Below are positions 1 through 9,506 of a stretch of DNA of 64,000 nt, piece after piece. The position numbers were made by a program, and so were the translations under genes. The stretch is from a plasmid. Positions within the stretch are counted from its first letter, which is position 1; every line of letters starts with the position of its first letter. Location of the stretch: sequence record NZ_CP118109.1, one strand, 5' to 3'. Under the pieces are notes generated by a model. The model made no database searches. It was not told the origin of the DNA and was given only the letters and a program-made list of their open reading frames with translations.

Positions 1-304
1 GATTGAAGAGAAAAAATTTATTCAAGCATTGATCGAGGAAAGGAATCAAAATCTCCAACAAATTGCTGAACTTCAAAATCAAATTAGTACGATGAACGAT
101 ACAATTAACGAGATGAGTTCAAAGAAAAACAAGAATGGCGATATAGAGCAGAAAGCAAAAAATATATATCAAAGCCTTCTTTTTATTGTTGATAATTTCG
201 TTGATCAGCCAGCCCATACTATGTTTTTACAGAAAACGGAGTTCCGTAAAGACATTGGCGAAAGAGTTAAGGAGCTGTTCTTACTAGCTGTCCGCAAGGA
301 GTAA
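1..304 (+). CDS. hypothetical coiled-coil protein, 5' partial (frame open to window start)
   Basis: ORF track 29..304; frame stays open upstream to position 2; Q/E/K-rich. Confidence 0.45.
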   Translation, partial: IEEKKFIQALIEERNQNLQQIAELQNQISTMNDTINEMSSKKNKNGDIEQKAKNIYQSLLFIVDNFVDQPAHTMFLQKTEFRKDIGERVKELFLLAVRKE

Positions 305-305
305 C

Positions 306-335
306 AGGCCGCCTTACGCCGGCAGGGGCTTTTTG
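306..335 (+). terminator. rho-independent terminator
   Basis: imperfect GC hairpin ggccgcc-ttac-gccggc followed by ggggcttttt; paralogous to hairpin at 15021. Confidence 0.5.
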
Positions 336-360
336 AAAATTGAATAAGGAGGTGCACCCA

Positions 361-1728
361 GTGTCTGCATTTTACCCAGATAATTTTAAGTCAGAATTGA
401 AAGAGAAAGCTGATATTGTCCAAGTCATCAGTCAGTTTACAACACTTACTCCTATGGGAAGTAATGTATTTGGGATATGCCCATTTCACAACGATCATTC
501 ACCTTCGATGCAAATTCGTCCAGATACTCAGACGTTTTATTGTCATGCTTGCGGAGCTGGATCGAAAAACCATAGTACGGTACAAGCATCCGATGTTTAT
601 GGCTTTTTAAAAGGCATCTTAAATGTGAATATGGGCGGTGCGATCGAATGGCTCTCCAGTTTTCTGAATATTCCATTGCCGCCGATGAATCCCGAAGAAG
701 CAAAAAGAGAAAATATTAGATCTCAGTGGGTGCAATATTGTGAAGAATCTGGCAGGCGGTTTCATGACCGCTTGCTAGAGAGCACTGAAGGACTTAATTA
801 TCTATACAATCGGGGTTTCGATATTAATGATATCAAACTTTGGAATTTAGGATTAGGCGATGACCAAGTTTATGATTTTCGGAATACCAAGGATCGCATT
901 GTCTTTTCACTTTATGATTATTGGGGAAATCTGGTCAGTTTTACGGGTCGAGTGCTGCTTCCTGATAATGTTCTCAAAGCAAAAAATGATCAACTTAAAT
1001 CTGATAATAAGCCGACTATTGTTAAATACTTAGATCGAATCGGCCTTAAGAAAGACGATGCAAATTATGCTAATCACCCTTATCCTGAGTTTGTAAAAGG
1101 CGATCATCTATATGGTATTCACATTGCTAAAGATTTTATACGCAGATTCGGTGTTGCTATTATTGTTGAAGGTTGGACTGATATAATTAAGCTTCATAAA
1201 TACGGGGCGCAGCATGCCGTTGCTACAATGGGCGTGGCGCTTACATTAAATCAGGTCAAGTTATTAAAACGGGCAGGAGCAAAGAGTGCGATAATCATGC
1301 GTGATGGTGATCCTGCAGGTGAAGCTGCCATACAGCGTGATTCTAAAATATTAAAAGAAAATGGTATTGAGCCACTCGTCCTTGCGCTCTCTCCAGGACT
1401 TGATCCTTGCACTGTTTGCGATAACTTCAATATGGTGGATGATTCATTTGCTCGTTTTATTGAGCGTTATACCATGCAACTAAATCAGTATCGGCTTAAA
1501 CGGATCTATCAAGAAACGCATGAAGATATCGTTTATCATCAGTCAAGAATAAGTGGCTTGCAGAATGAGCGTATGCGTAAAGTAATTGAAGTCCTTAGCA
1601 GTATAGAGAATCCTGTTGAAAAGGATATCTATGTCCGTCAAGCATCTGAATTGTTTGGCGTAAACTATGAATCTATCCAGGCACATGTTTCGCATTATCA
1701 GGAGAAAGGTGTGTTCATGGTCAGATGA
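361..1728 (+). CDS. dnaG: DNA primase, DnaG family
   Basis: CHC2 zinc finger CPFHNDHSPSM...YCHACGAGS plus TOPRIM IVEGWTDIIKLHKYG; RBS aataaggagg precedes GTG at 361 (track start 340 is alternative). Confidence 0.85.
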   Translation: MSAFYPDNFKSELKEKADIVQVISQFTTLTPMGSNVFGICPFHNDHSPSMQIRPDTQTFYCHACGAGSKNHSTVQASDVYGFLKGILNVNMGGAIEWLSSFLNIPLPPMNPEEAKRENIRSQWVQYCEESGRRFHDRLLESTEGLNYLYNRGFDINDIKLWNLGLGDDQVYDFRNTKDRIVFSLYDYWGNLVSFTGRVLLPDNVLKAKNDQLKSDNKPTIVKYLDRIGLKKDDANYANHPYPEFVKGDHLYGIHIAKDFIRRFGVAIIVEGWTDIIKLHKYGAQHAVATMGVALTLNQVKLLKRAGAKSAIIMRDGDPAGEAAIQRDSKILKENGIEPLVLALSPGLDPCTVCDNFNMVDDSFARFIERYTMQLNQYRLKRIYQETHEDIVYHQSRISGLQNERMRKVIEVLSSIENPVEKDIYVRQASELFGVNYESIQAHVSHYQEKGVFMVR

Positions 1729-2114
1729 GCATAAAGATTGAAAGATATCTAATGCATTGCAAAGACTGCAATAATAAATTCTGGGCGCTTAAAGATATGA
1801 AAAACAATCTGCCAGATGACTGCATATATTGTGGAGCTAAGAATAGTAGGAATCCAAATATAGAGCCACATACTATTGATTTTATATCGCTCGATTCTGA
1901 TCTCTATGAGATTGACATTGATCAGGAAACTGGAATACCATTCATGAAGCACCACGAGCAAATACTTCGGAGTGCTGAAATCTTAGCAAATCTTTCTCAG
2001 AATTACGGCCAAGTTATTGATGGTTTTAGAGTAAGAGAATGTATTATTGCAATTCGAGAAGAACTAAGAAATCTTAATGGAAAATCCGAAAATATAATTG
2101 CAGGGGAGAAATGA
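1725..2114 (+). CDS. Zn-ribbon protein (CxxC...CxxC)
   Basis: ATGA overlap with primase stop; HCKDC...CIYCG. Confidence 0.5.
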   Translation: MSIKIERYLMHCKDCNNKFWALKDMKNNLPDDCIYCGAKNSRNPNIEPHTIDFISLDSDLYEIDIDQETGIPFMKHHEQILRSAEILANLSQNYGQVIDGFRVRECIIAIREELRNLNGKSENIIAGEK

Positions 2115-2347
2115 TTATGGCTGTGACTTTGGCTCAGCTTCATGTAATGAAGCCAGGAACCGTATTACAAAAAGGTAAAAGAAAACGCATATATCTTGGC
2201 ATGCAAGGAATCATGGTCTTTTACAAAAGGCCATCTTCCAAACAACTGCACGGTGAACATATTGGCCATTTCCGAAAATGGCTTTTAGATGCTGAAATTT
2301 TGCCGACCGAAAATGCATCAAAAACCGATCTTAATATTTCTTTGTAA
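2111..2347 (+). CDS. hypothetical protein
   Basis: ATGA-coupled ORF. Confidence 0.35.
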   Translation: MIMAVTLAQLHVMKPGTVLQKGKRKRIYLGMQGIMVFYKRPSSKQLHGEHIGHFRKWLLDAEILPTENASKTDLNISL

Positions 2348-2388
2348 CACATTACTTTTTCATAATATAATAATGAGGTGTAGCACAT

Positions 2389-3066
2389 ATGGATTTGAAT
2401 GCATTGATCAATCAGCAGTTAGTAAATCTACAGGAAGAAGGATATATTGAAACTGTCGTAAAGGAGCAGCTAAAAAGCACAATTAAATCGGTTATCGAAA
2501 ACTCCCTGCGCTCCTACAGTAATTTTGGCAAGGAATTAGAAAAACAAGTAGAAGAATCGCTTAATGTTAATCTTAAGTCTCTCGACGTGCCATCATATAA
2601 TCATGTCGTTCTCAATATGATCAAACAGGAGATTGATCGTTCTATCCATGAAGTTGGTTCTGCTAAATTAAAGGAGCAGCTTGAAGACATGCTTGGAACC
2701 GGCAAGAATGAGTATAAGCTATCCGAATTGATTCAAGAAATGGTTGAATTTGAAATGGAACTTGGAGAGCTTGAATATGATGAAGTTGCTGAGATTTCAG
2801 TTCATGTAAAAGAGACCGGCGCAGGGCTTACTTGGATCTATTTAGATCCCAATCCAGATAAGGAAGCATACGAATGCAAGTACCGAATATATCTGGATGA
2901 TAATGTTGTAACTAGCGCTATGCTTGGTGAGAAGAGTTTTGATAATAGCGTTATTCTAGGTGGTCTTTACGGTCTTGAAGAAACGATCTTCAAAATGTTT
3001 ATTCACGGTTCCAGACTCATCATTGATGAGTATACGACAGAGTTCTCAAATCCCTCTTTCGATTAA
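2389..3066 (+). CDS. hypothetical protein
   Basis: RBS aatgaggtg; 225 aa ORF. Confidence 0.55.
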   Translation: MDLNALINQQLVNLQEEGYIETVVKEQLKSTIKSVIENSLRSYSNFGKELEKQVEESLNVNLKSLDVPSYNHVVLNMIKQEIDRSIHEVGSAKLKEQLEDMLGTGKNEYKLSELIQEMVEFEMELGELEYDEVAEISVHVKETGAGLTWIYLDPNPDKEAYECKYRIYLDDNVVTSAMLGEKSFDNSVILGGLYGLEETIFKMFIHGSRLIIDEYTTEFSNPSFD

Positions 3067-3079
3067 AGGAGTTTTTTCG

Positions 3080-3427
3080 TTGTACGACAAAGTAGATTGC
3101 CCATATTGTGGCAGAAAAAACGATATGCGTGATGCTCTTACTGAAGGGCTGTCTGATGACAACACTACCGATTGGGAGTGCGAGCATTGCGGACAAGAGT
3201 TCACGGTTCATGTTGACTTTATTCCAACTTTCACTGCGTCTAAAATTATCATTGTAGAATGTGATCTCTGCAAATTTGAAACTAGCGACATTAAGAATAA
3301 GGATAATGTCTGGCCTTTCCCCGAAGCATTATTAAAACTGGGAAAGAACTTTTGCCATTCTTGTTGGCTTAAATACATGGGTAAGGAGATGGATACTAAA
3401 TATGGAACTAACAGAGACTCAACGTAA
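3080..3427 (+). CDS. Zn-ribbon protein
   Basis: TTG start 8 nt after aaaggag; CPYCG...CEHCG; track ORF 2960..3427 is over-extended upstream. Confidence 0.5.
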   Translation: MYDKVDCPYCGRKNDMRDALTEGLSDDNTTDWECEHCGQEFTVHVDFIPTFTASKIIIVECDLCKFETSDIKNKDNVWPFPEALLKLGKNFCHSCWLKYMGKEMDTKYGTNRDST

Positions 3428-3644
3428 TCAAATGAAACATGCTCTTGGGTTGAATTATCATGAACATGAAACACGGAATTATTTCTTTACTCGTGCGAAC
3501 AACGCAGACTGGAACGATCTTGTTGATAAAGGCTATGCCAATAAGCGTCCAGGTTGGGATGATGAAGATGCTTATTTCTCAGTGACTGATGAAGGGCGCA
3601 AAGCGCTCGGATTGCCTGAGAAAAGAACAGAGGATGCTCAATAA
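3402..3644 (+). CDS. hypothetical protein
   Basis: ORF with RBS ggtaaggag. Confidence 0.45.
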   Translation: MELTETQRNQMKHALGLNYHEHETRNYFFTRANNADWNDLVDKGYANKRPGWDDEDAYFSVTDEGRKALGLPEKRTEDAQ

Positions 3645-3720
3645 AAAGGAGTTTATATGAAAACATTACATCCTCACATATGATCCCCTTACGCTTGTAA
3701 GGATTGCTCTCGAAAGTCAT

Positions 3721-4215
3721 GTGGAGAACAATATACAAGGGAAATTCTATAAGGCTAAGCAATTTGCCTGCTATGATTTTTTGAACAAAATGGATGACCA
3801 AACTTTGGAAGTCATATTGCTGAAATTTATGGAGAACGAAGGTTTAGAGGTCATCACATTAGAGAATTGGAAAAAAGATGCGCGCTTAATATTCGATGTA
3901 ATTTTCCAAAGAGAAGATTATAAGAATTTAGAAATTAATTTTAAAAAAAGAGGATATGGTTCAACCGGTTTAGGTGTTTACGATAAGCAGGCCAATAAGT
4001 TTTATGACTGCACATGGACAAATCACTTTCCAACTATAATGACGATAGTTGAATCTGAATACCCTGATAAATTCCCTGCCTTGCGTGAATTTTACGCAAT
4101 GCCAAGTATTGACCAACATGAGAATTATACAAGGGAAGAAATTGAACGATTTGTTATGGAAAACTTCGAACTCATCGGACAAACAAAACAACTAGATGAT
4201 TATTTAAAGGATTGA
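3721..4215 (+). CDS. hypothetical protein
   Basis: 164 aa ORF; start uncertain (no clear RBS). Confidence 0.45.
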   Translation: MENNIQGKFYKAKQFACYDFLNKMDDQTLEVILLKFMENEGLEVITLENWKKDARLIFDVIFQREDYKNLEINFKKRGYGSTGLGVYDKQANKFYDCTWTNHFPTIMTIVESEYPDKFPALREFYAMPSIDQHENYTREEIERFVMENFELIGQTKQLDDYLKD

Positions 4216-4247
4216 GGCTGCCTACCTCTTTCCTCTGGGGGAGATAT

Positions 4248-4412
4248 AAACCTTGTTTATACTAATAGAATTAGATCGGGATTGGACAGTAGGTCTTGAC
4301 TGGTACAAGCACAGTAAAGGTGTACGATTAGGCTATTTCGCCATACACATCGTTTTTGTAAAGCATTCTGAATTTGTAAATAGATTAGCCAAGCACTATG
4401 CAGAGGAGCGAT
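4248..4412 (+). CDS. small hypothetical protein (TTG start)
   Basis: 54-codon ORF filling the gap; RBS ctgggggagat 9 nt upstream. Confidence 0.25.
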
Positions 4413-4417
4413 AACAG

Positions 4418-4675
4418 ATGAGCCAAGAGGGGCAAGTGATTAAACATTTAGTTGAACAAATGAAGGCACTTAATGCAGATAATGCACACACGCAGCTTCA
4501 AAACATTGAACAGACTCAAGGACTGACTGTTGTTATATCTATTTATGACAATTTAAAGCCGGCACACGAAGTATTGGATGAATTATATGAATGGGCGGAA
4601 GAAAACAACGAAGAAGTAAAGGAACTCATTGAGCAACTGGAGCAAGATATGAGTTGGAACGCTGAGACGGATTGA
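4418..4675 (+). CDS. hypothetical acidic protein
   Basis: RBS gaggagcga; 85 aa. Confidence 0.5.
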   Translation: MSQEGQVIKHLVEQMKALNADNAHTQLQNIEQTQGLTVVISIYDNLKPAHEVLDELYEWAEENNEEVKELIEQLEQDMSWNAETD

Positions 4676-4711
4676 GGCCATCAGTCTCTTTCCCTGGGAG
4701 GGGAGAACACA

Positions 4712-4876
4712 TTGAAGAATTTTGACATATACGAGTATTTAGCTGACTTTGTTAGTGATGGGAAATCAAAAGACGGAGATGAAATTCTTATAAACATTGA
4801 TGGTCGGAAGATATGTGTAGTTACTCCTCAATTTAAGGAAGAAGAAATCAGTTTCAAGATTGTAAAACGGTATTAG
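4712..4876 (+). CDS. small hypothetical protein (TTG start)
   Basis: strong RBS gggaggggagaa; 54 codons; below track cutoff. Confidence 0.3.
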   Translation: MKNFDIYEYLADFVSDGKSKDGDEILINIDGRKICVVTPQFKEEEISFKIVKRY

Positions 4877-4999
4877 GGAGGGGAGAACAACAGATGATTA
4901 AAAATCAGCGAGTTGTAGTTGAGTACTTAACCAATACCGGACATGACTTTTTTAATAAAGAAACAAAGGAAAAACGAAAGTATGGTGGAAAGGTAGACT

Positions 5000-5332
5000 A
5001 TGAGTAAACAAGAGCACCTTATATCAGCAGATAAGCTGAAGGAATGGTTTTTAAATAATGACAAAGCTGAACCTTTTATGGAATCTGAGTATTCTGGTGA
5101 TGCATTCGTAGACCTTTGCGCAGCAATTGATTCAGGATTGCTCAATCCTGATCCAGTACCCACCATTAAGCCGGGAGATAAGGTGCGATACCACGGATGG
5201 CAATACAATCTATCTAATGTTGCAACAGTAGATCATTTGATAGAGAGAAATGGCACATATGCAACCATAATACATGACGAAGCACCTTATATTGTTCCAC
5301 TTGAACATTTGGAGGTAGTAAAGGATGAATGA
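5000..5332 (+). CDS. hypothetical protein
   Basis: ORF track; RBS ggtggaaaggtag. Confidence 0.5.
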   Translation: MSKQEHLISADKLKEWFLNNDKAEPFMESEYSGDAFVDLCAAIDSGLLNPDPVPTIKPGDKVRYHGWQYNLSNVATVDHLIERNGTYATIIHDEAPYIVPLEHLEVVKDE

Positions 5333-5552
5333 AGAAGTAGAAACAATCGGTGATTACCTTGAGCGAATGATTACAGAAGGTTACATTGACAAAGACTGTC
5401 GCCCGATAAAGTGTCACATCTGTGAAAGCACTGATATAGAAGGACGTAATTATATGTACGAAGATTTCGCGCTTATCATTGAATATGAAATGTTCTGCAA
5501 GCCTTGCAATGTATCAATTGGGCGATGGTCTTATGGAAACTGGGAGGCGTAA
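5325..5552 (+). CDS. hypothetical Cys-containing protein
   Basis: ORF track, overlapping start. Confidence 0.45.
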   Translation: MNEEVETIGDYLERMITEGYIDKDCRPIKCHICESTDIEGRNYMYEDFALIIEYEMFCKPCNVSIGRWSYGNWEA

Positions 5553-5555
5553 AAA

Positions 5556-5792
5556 TTGAGTAAAGAGAAAAAACTCTTATATAGGGTATATGGTCAAAGC
5601 AATAACACTACAGCAAAGGTGTCAGTTGATAAAGAGATGACACTTGAAGAATGCAAAAGCGCTGCTGCTAATGAAGTCTTTAAAACCACATATCACCAAT
5701 TAGACAAACTTGTTGCTCTGCCAATTGGAACTAAAGATGATTATGATCGAGGAATTATTCTTTTCTGTCCAAGGTGCGGGGGAACCTGTTGA
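5556..5792 (+). CDS. hypothetical protein
   Basis: ORF track. Confidence 0.45.
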   Translation: MSKEKKLLYRVYGQSNNTTAKVSVDKEMTLEECKSAAANEVFKTTYHQLDKLVALPIGTKDDYDRGIILFCPRCGGTC

Positions 5793-5860
5793 GGATATGG
5801 GTGCTTCGGAAGCGAATTTTGATTGCTACCAATGTGATGCCAGTATTTATGTAGATATAA

Positions 5861-6115
5861 GTGTATCCCAGGAGGAGGAGTATGAATGACTTTCTCTTAT
5901 TTTATAACAGCATAAGTCATAATTTTTCCTGGACGCTTGATATTTACCACTCAAGCATAGTGGGCTGGATTATAACCATTGGCTATAAACCTGCACATGA
6001 AATGCATGGCCAAAATGTAATTCATGTTCAGGATGATTGCGATATGCAGCTCTGCTTTGCGAAAGCGCAGATTGCGCTTAAAGAGTGGCTTTGTGAAAAT
6101 AATGGCGGCTATTAA
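5861..6115 (+). CDS. hypothetical protein
   Basis: strong RBS ccaggaggaggag. Confidence 0.5.
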   Translation: MYPRRRSMNDFLLFYNSISHNFSWTLDIYHSSIVGWIITIGYKPAHEMHGQNVIHVQDDCDMQLCFAKAQIALKEWLCENNGGY

Positions 6116-6127
6116 GGGCGGTGAATT

Positions 6128-6370
6128 ATGAAAGACAAGGACGAAGTGTGCGAAGATCACGGCCGGCTTCGTTGTGATATATGCGCCTATGTTGAAGAAT
6201 TAAGAGAGCGTGCTGAAAAAGCAGAGCGTAAAGAGGAGAAGCTTAAAGAGGCGATAGGGCATGCTATTTCTCAATACCCTCAGTTCGATTCTAGTGCTAT
6301 TTATGGGATAATGATGCACGATTACTTGGTATCTATTATGGCCATTCTATATCCCGAAAATAAGGAGTGA
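6128..6370 (+). CDS. hypothetical protein
   Basis: ORF track; RBS gggcggtga. Confidence 0.5.
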   Translation: MKDKDEVCEDHGRLRCDICAYVEELRERAEKAERKEEKLKEAIGHAISQYPQFDSSAIYGIMMHDYLVSIMAILYPENKE

Positions 6371-6378
6371 ATTATATA

Positions 6379-7050
6379 GTGGCATACAATAACGGCAACG
6401 GAGGAAAACGCTCCAGCTTTGATCCATCTAAATATGAGACTGTTAAACGAAGAAAAGAACGCTTACGTATTGATTATCCCAATTCCATCATTTATCCAAT
6501 GCAAATATCTGGCGTTAACTATGCTAATCATTATGTAGTCTATATTTCCTTAATCTGGCTGGATAAGGAAAAGCGCATCCTTTCACCCGAAGCGGTTACT
6601 GCAGTAACAGAACTATGTAAGTCCGTTACTCCGGATAACGCAGCGATCGTTGCTTCAAGTATTGGTCTGCTCTTAGGTGCAGATTCTATCGGCTATTCTC
6701 TTTCTATCGCCGGTGGTCGCCAAGCGGATCAATATGCTTGGGTAGAAAACTGTGAAGAGTCGGCTAGTGGCCGTGCTTTAGATAATCTTGGCTATCACAG
6801 CGGCAGCGCAAGCCAAGAGGAAATGCAAAAAGTAATTGAGACAGAAAATATAGCAAAAAGACGCATTGATATTGAGAGTCAAATCACGTTTTATTTGCAA
6901 CAAATGTACAATATGGATATCAATGTCCAGAATGTCTTTAACCAATGTGCGAGCGCAGTAGGCCACAGCTTTAATTATCTAACCGAATTGGACATTGATG
7001 AATTGCAAACTGTTCATAAAATCGTTAAGAGCGCCATGCCAGCGGCATAA
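6379..7050 (+). CDS. hypothetical protein
   Basis: GTG start 12 nt after aaggag; the track start at 6367 abuts the RBS. Confidence 0.5.
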   Translation: MAYNNGNGGKRSSFDPSKYETVKRRKERLRIDYPNSIIYPMQISGVNYANHYVVYISLIWLDKEKRILSPEAVTAVTELCKSVTPDNAAIVASSIGLLLGADSIGYSLSIAGGRQADQYAWVENCEESASGRALDNLGYHSGSASQEEMQKVIETENIAKRRIDIESQITFYLQQMYNMDINVQNVFNQCASAVGHSFNYLTELDIDELQTVHKIVKSAMPAA

Positions 7051-7137
7051 TTCGACACAATTCGTATATCCTATATCATATGAAATATTGACCTCAGCCT
7101 CATGCTTATTTATAATCATGACTGAGGAGGTGTACAT

Positions 7138-7650
7138 ATGGGTGCACAAGATTTAATGAGAGCGGCCGCGAACGCAAGTGGGCAGAGCCGGCTTCAGCCG
7201 CAAAAACCGAAAATGGGAACTGCAGCAGCTCAGCCACCAACACCTGAGCCAGAACAAGAAGAAAGCAATATTCGAGAGGATATTATTGAAACTGCCCAAT
7301 CTCAGGTTGCAGCAACACGACAGACTGAACAGAGGGTAGTTCGTCCACGTCTTCCTAGGCAAGAGACAAGCACTGCCAAGCATCGGTTTGTTAAGCGTCC
7401 AGAGCTGCCTGACGATCTCTATCGTGAAGTTCCTTCAACCAGCAGTTATCAAATCTATAATAAAGATATTGATAAATTTATTAAAAATTTTTCATCGGAA
7501 AATTCTCAATATCGTGGTGGGGCTAAAATCACCCCTTCTATGCTGATAGAAGCTGTTCTAGATTTCACTTTTTACGATATGGATATCCGACCGGATGGCT
7601 ATATTGATCTCGAAGAGCTACGTGAACATATGCGCAGCAAATTGAAGTAA
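7138..7650 (+). CDS. hypothetical protein
   Basis: RBS gaggaggtg. Confidence 0.55.
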   Translation: MGAQDLMRAAANASGQSRLQPQKPKMGTAAAQPPTPEPEQEESNIREDIIETAQSQVAATRQTEQRVVRPRLPRQETSTAKHRFVKRPELPDDLYREVPSTSSYQIYNKDIDKFIKNFSSENSQYRGGAKITPSMLIEAVLDFTFYDMDIRPDGYIDLEELREHMRSKLK

Positions 7651-7664
7651 AACATTGCATAATG

Positions 7665-7704
7665 TAAGACGTTACATTTTTCTGCCTGTAACGTCTTTTA
7701 TTAT
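7665..7704 (+). terminator. rho-independent terminator overlapping a variant of the recurrent palindrome
   Basis: stem taagacgttaca / tgtaacgtctt followed by ttattat. Confidence 0.6.
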
Positions 7705-7753
7705 GCTCAAAACATGCTATAATAGCTTATGTTACTGAATGGAGGCCCATACT

Positions 7754-8218
7754 ATGGAGCTTATGAAAGCTTATTTATATAATCAATTCCCTTTTCAAAC
7801 TACGGACATTTCTGCAAGAACGATTTCAAACCTGCTGACTTGCAATTGGTTTGAGGATGATCGAAAATCGGCAGCTTATACAATATTGCATCGAAGACTG
7901 TTAATCAGTTCACAGTGGTACAAGATTACATTACGCTTTAAAAAAGAAGGTCCTGAATTATTGTCATTAGATACGCCTGCCCCTTTTATGGTTGTTCTCA
8001 GTGAAGTGAAAGAGGCAGACAATAAAAATTCTCGTTTTGTAGATAAGCAGGTTTATCATTCTAAAACTGTTGGCACTGTATCAGGATACCTTGAGAAAGG
8101 TATACCTGCAGAGCTAATTGATGCAATGATTGAAGAGTTCAGGATCAGTGTGCAATACGGCATTCCTATGGTTGAAATCGCTTCTGCTAATAGTAAACTT
8201 TCAGAAATACCATTTTGA
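7754..8218 (+). CDS. hypothetical protein starting MELMKAY
   Basis: GGAGG 7 nt upstream of the second ATG; MELMxxY N-terminus. Confidence 0.5.
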   Translation: MELMKAYLYNQFPFQTTDISARTISNLLTCNWFEDDRKSAAYTILHRRLLISSQWYKITLRFKKEGPELLSLDTPAPFMVVLSEVKEADNKNSRFVDKQVYHSKTVGTVSGYLEKGIPAELIDAMIEEFRISVQYGIPMVEIASANSKLSEIPF

Positions 8219-8232
8219 GGAGGAGATTGATT

Positions 8233-9495
8233 ATGAGTTTTCCATCACAAATTAACGCTGCCTTGTCTGGACATACGGCAAGGCGTTTACATAGTTTTCT
8301 TGAGTTCCCTGAAGGCAAGTCAATTACTGCCCTTGATTTTAAAGCTTTTAATGGCAAGACATTAGATGAATTAACTTACTTTGCGAGTGAACGCTACCTA
8401 TATGGCGCCGAAGCAAGTGAGTATATGGCGAAGGAAGCCAGTACTTTCTTTGAAAGAGTTGCCCTTTCTCATTACAAGAGAGAGATGAAGATAAGTAATG
8501 ATGCTTTTTCGCTAGCAGTTGTTGATCCTTATATTCACCCGCAATTCATTGAAGATATCTTTATGTCCTATGATCCTTTTCAAATCCCTGACTTTGAGGC
8601 TGAGATACGGCAGCAACAACAATCGCTTCAATCTACTGCAGATAATTATCTCGATCTGAATCAGCTTGAAATGACGGAGGAAGAAGTTGAAAAGCGCAAA
8701 GTAGATATGGAAGAGCGGATTCAGAAAGCAATCGAAGATAGAAACATTGCATATCGTAAGGCATTACGTGAACAAGAGAAACGTACTTCTGCCTTGCGTG
8801 ATGATAAGCTCCTTTTAACGAATGCTGCTCGTTATTTAAAGCCTGGCGGCATTCTTATCATGCTTACTCCGAAGGAATTTATTGATGCACATATTTCATT
8901 TAAGTTGGCCAACGCCTTTGAAGATATTCAAATTTTCCGCCTGGATGATAGCGAATATGAGAAGCACAGAAAGTGCGTTATTATCGCTAAGAAACGCCTA
9001 AGAACAGAGAAGCAAGATACGCTCCCTTACGAGATCATGCAGACGAAATACAAGCCTTACAAGGATATTCCGGTTATCTCTGTACAAGAGAAACCTCTAT
9101 ATAAAGTTCCTGAAGGAAAGAAAGAAGATGTAGTCAGCTTCCGGATCGGACCGATTACACCAGAAGAAGTTCAACAAGTCATGAGAAAGTCTATGCTCGT
9201 CGAAAACTATGCTGTTCAGCATGGAATAACCCTGGATAATATCACACCAAAACCACCCACGCAGCTGCATAAAGGACATGTATCATTAACCCTTGCAAGT
9301 GGACTGCTAAACGGATATATCGGCACTGGTGCGGATCGCCACTTGGTTAAAGGATCGGTTGTCAAAAAGAATAGTGAGTTTACTGAAGAGGAAGAAACGG
9401 ATCGCGGAACTGAGATTAAGACCGTAGATCGTGAATACTTCCATATCGGAATCAAATATTTAGATCGGCACGGTGATTTTCACAAATTATTATAG
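8233..9495 (+). CDS. methyltransferase-like protein (LKPGG motif, catalytic motifs not recognisable)
   Basis: ARYLKPGGILIMLTPKEF resembles the post-motif-IV segment of SAM methyltransferases; VVDPY is a possible degenerate motif I; RBS gaggagga. Confidence 0.45.
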   Translation: MSFPSQINAALSGHTARRLHSFLEFPEGKSITALDFKAFNGKTLDELTYFASERYLYGAEASEYMAKEASTFFERVALSHYKREMKISNDAFSLAVVDPYIHPQFIEDIFMSYDPFQIPDFEAEIRQQQQSLQSTADNYLDLNQLEMTEEEVEKRKVDMEERIQKAIEDRNIAYRKALREQEKRTSALRDDKLLLTNAARYLKPGGILIMLTPKEFIDAHISFKLANAFEDIQIFRLDDSEYEKHRKCVIIAKKRLRTEKQDTLPYEIMQTKYKPYKDIPVISVQEKPLYKVPEGKKEDVVSFRIGPITPEEVQQVMRKSMLVENYAVQHGITLDNITPKPPTQLHKGHVSLTLASGLLNGYIGTGADRHLVKGSVVKKNSEFTEEEETDRGTEIKTVDREYFHIGIKYLDRHGDFHKLL

Positions 9496-9506
9496 GAGGT
9501 TGTGTC

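Noticed and set aside
340-360. ATG at 340 as primase start (ORF-track call)
   Set aside because: The ribosome-binding site aataaggagg lies inside that extension and is correctly spaced for the GTG at 361. The longer form would place the RBS within the coding region.
416-703. Short ORFs 416..610 (+) and 452..703 (-) inside the primase gene; similar both-strand ORFs inside the helicase (10084..10509, 10677..11027, 11749..12036) and inside dnaE, nrdE and others
   Set aside because: Embedded in long well-supported genes, no RBS, atypical composition. These are ORF-track noise.
4201-4700. Repeated ggattgagg...ctctttcc...gggaggggagaaca motif after two ORFs, considered as a regulatory repeat
   Set aside because: The conserved part is mainly a strong Shine-Dalgarno (GGGAGGGGAGA) in front of small TTG or ATG-initiated ORFs. 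It has no independent regulatory signature beyond that.
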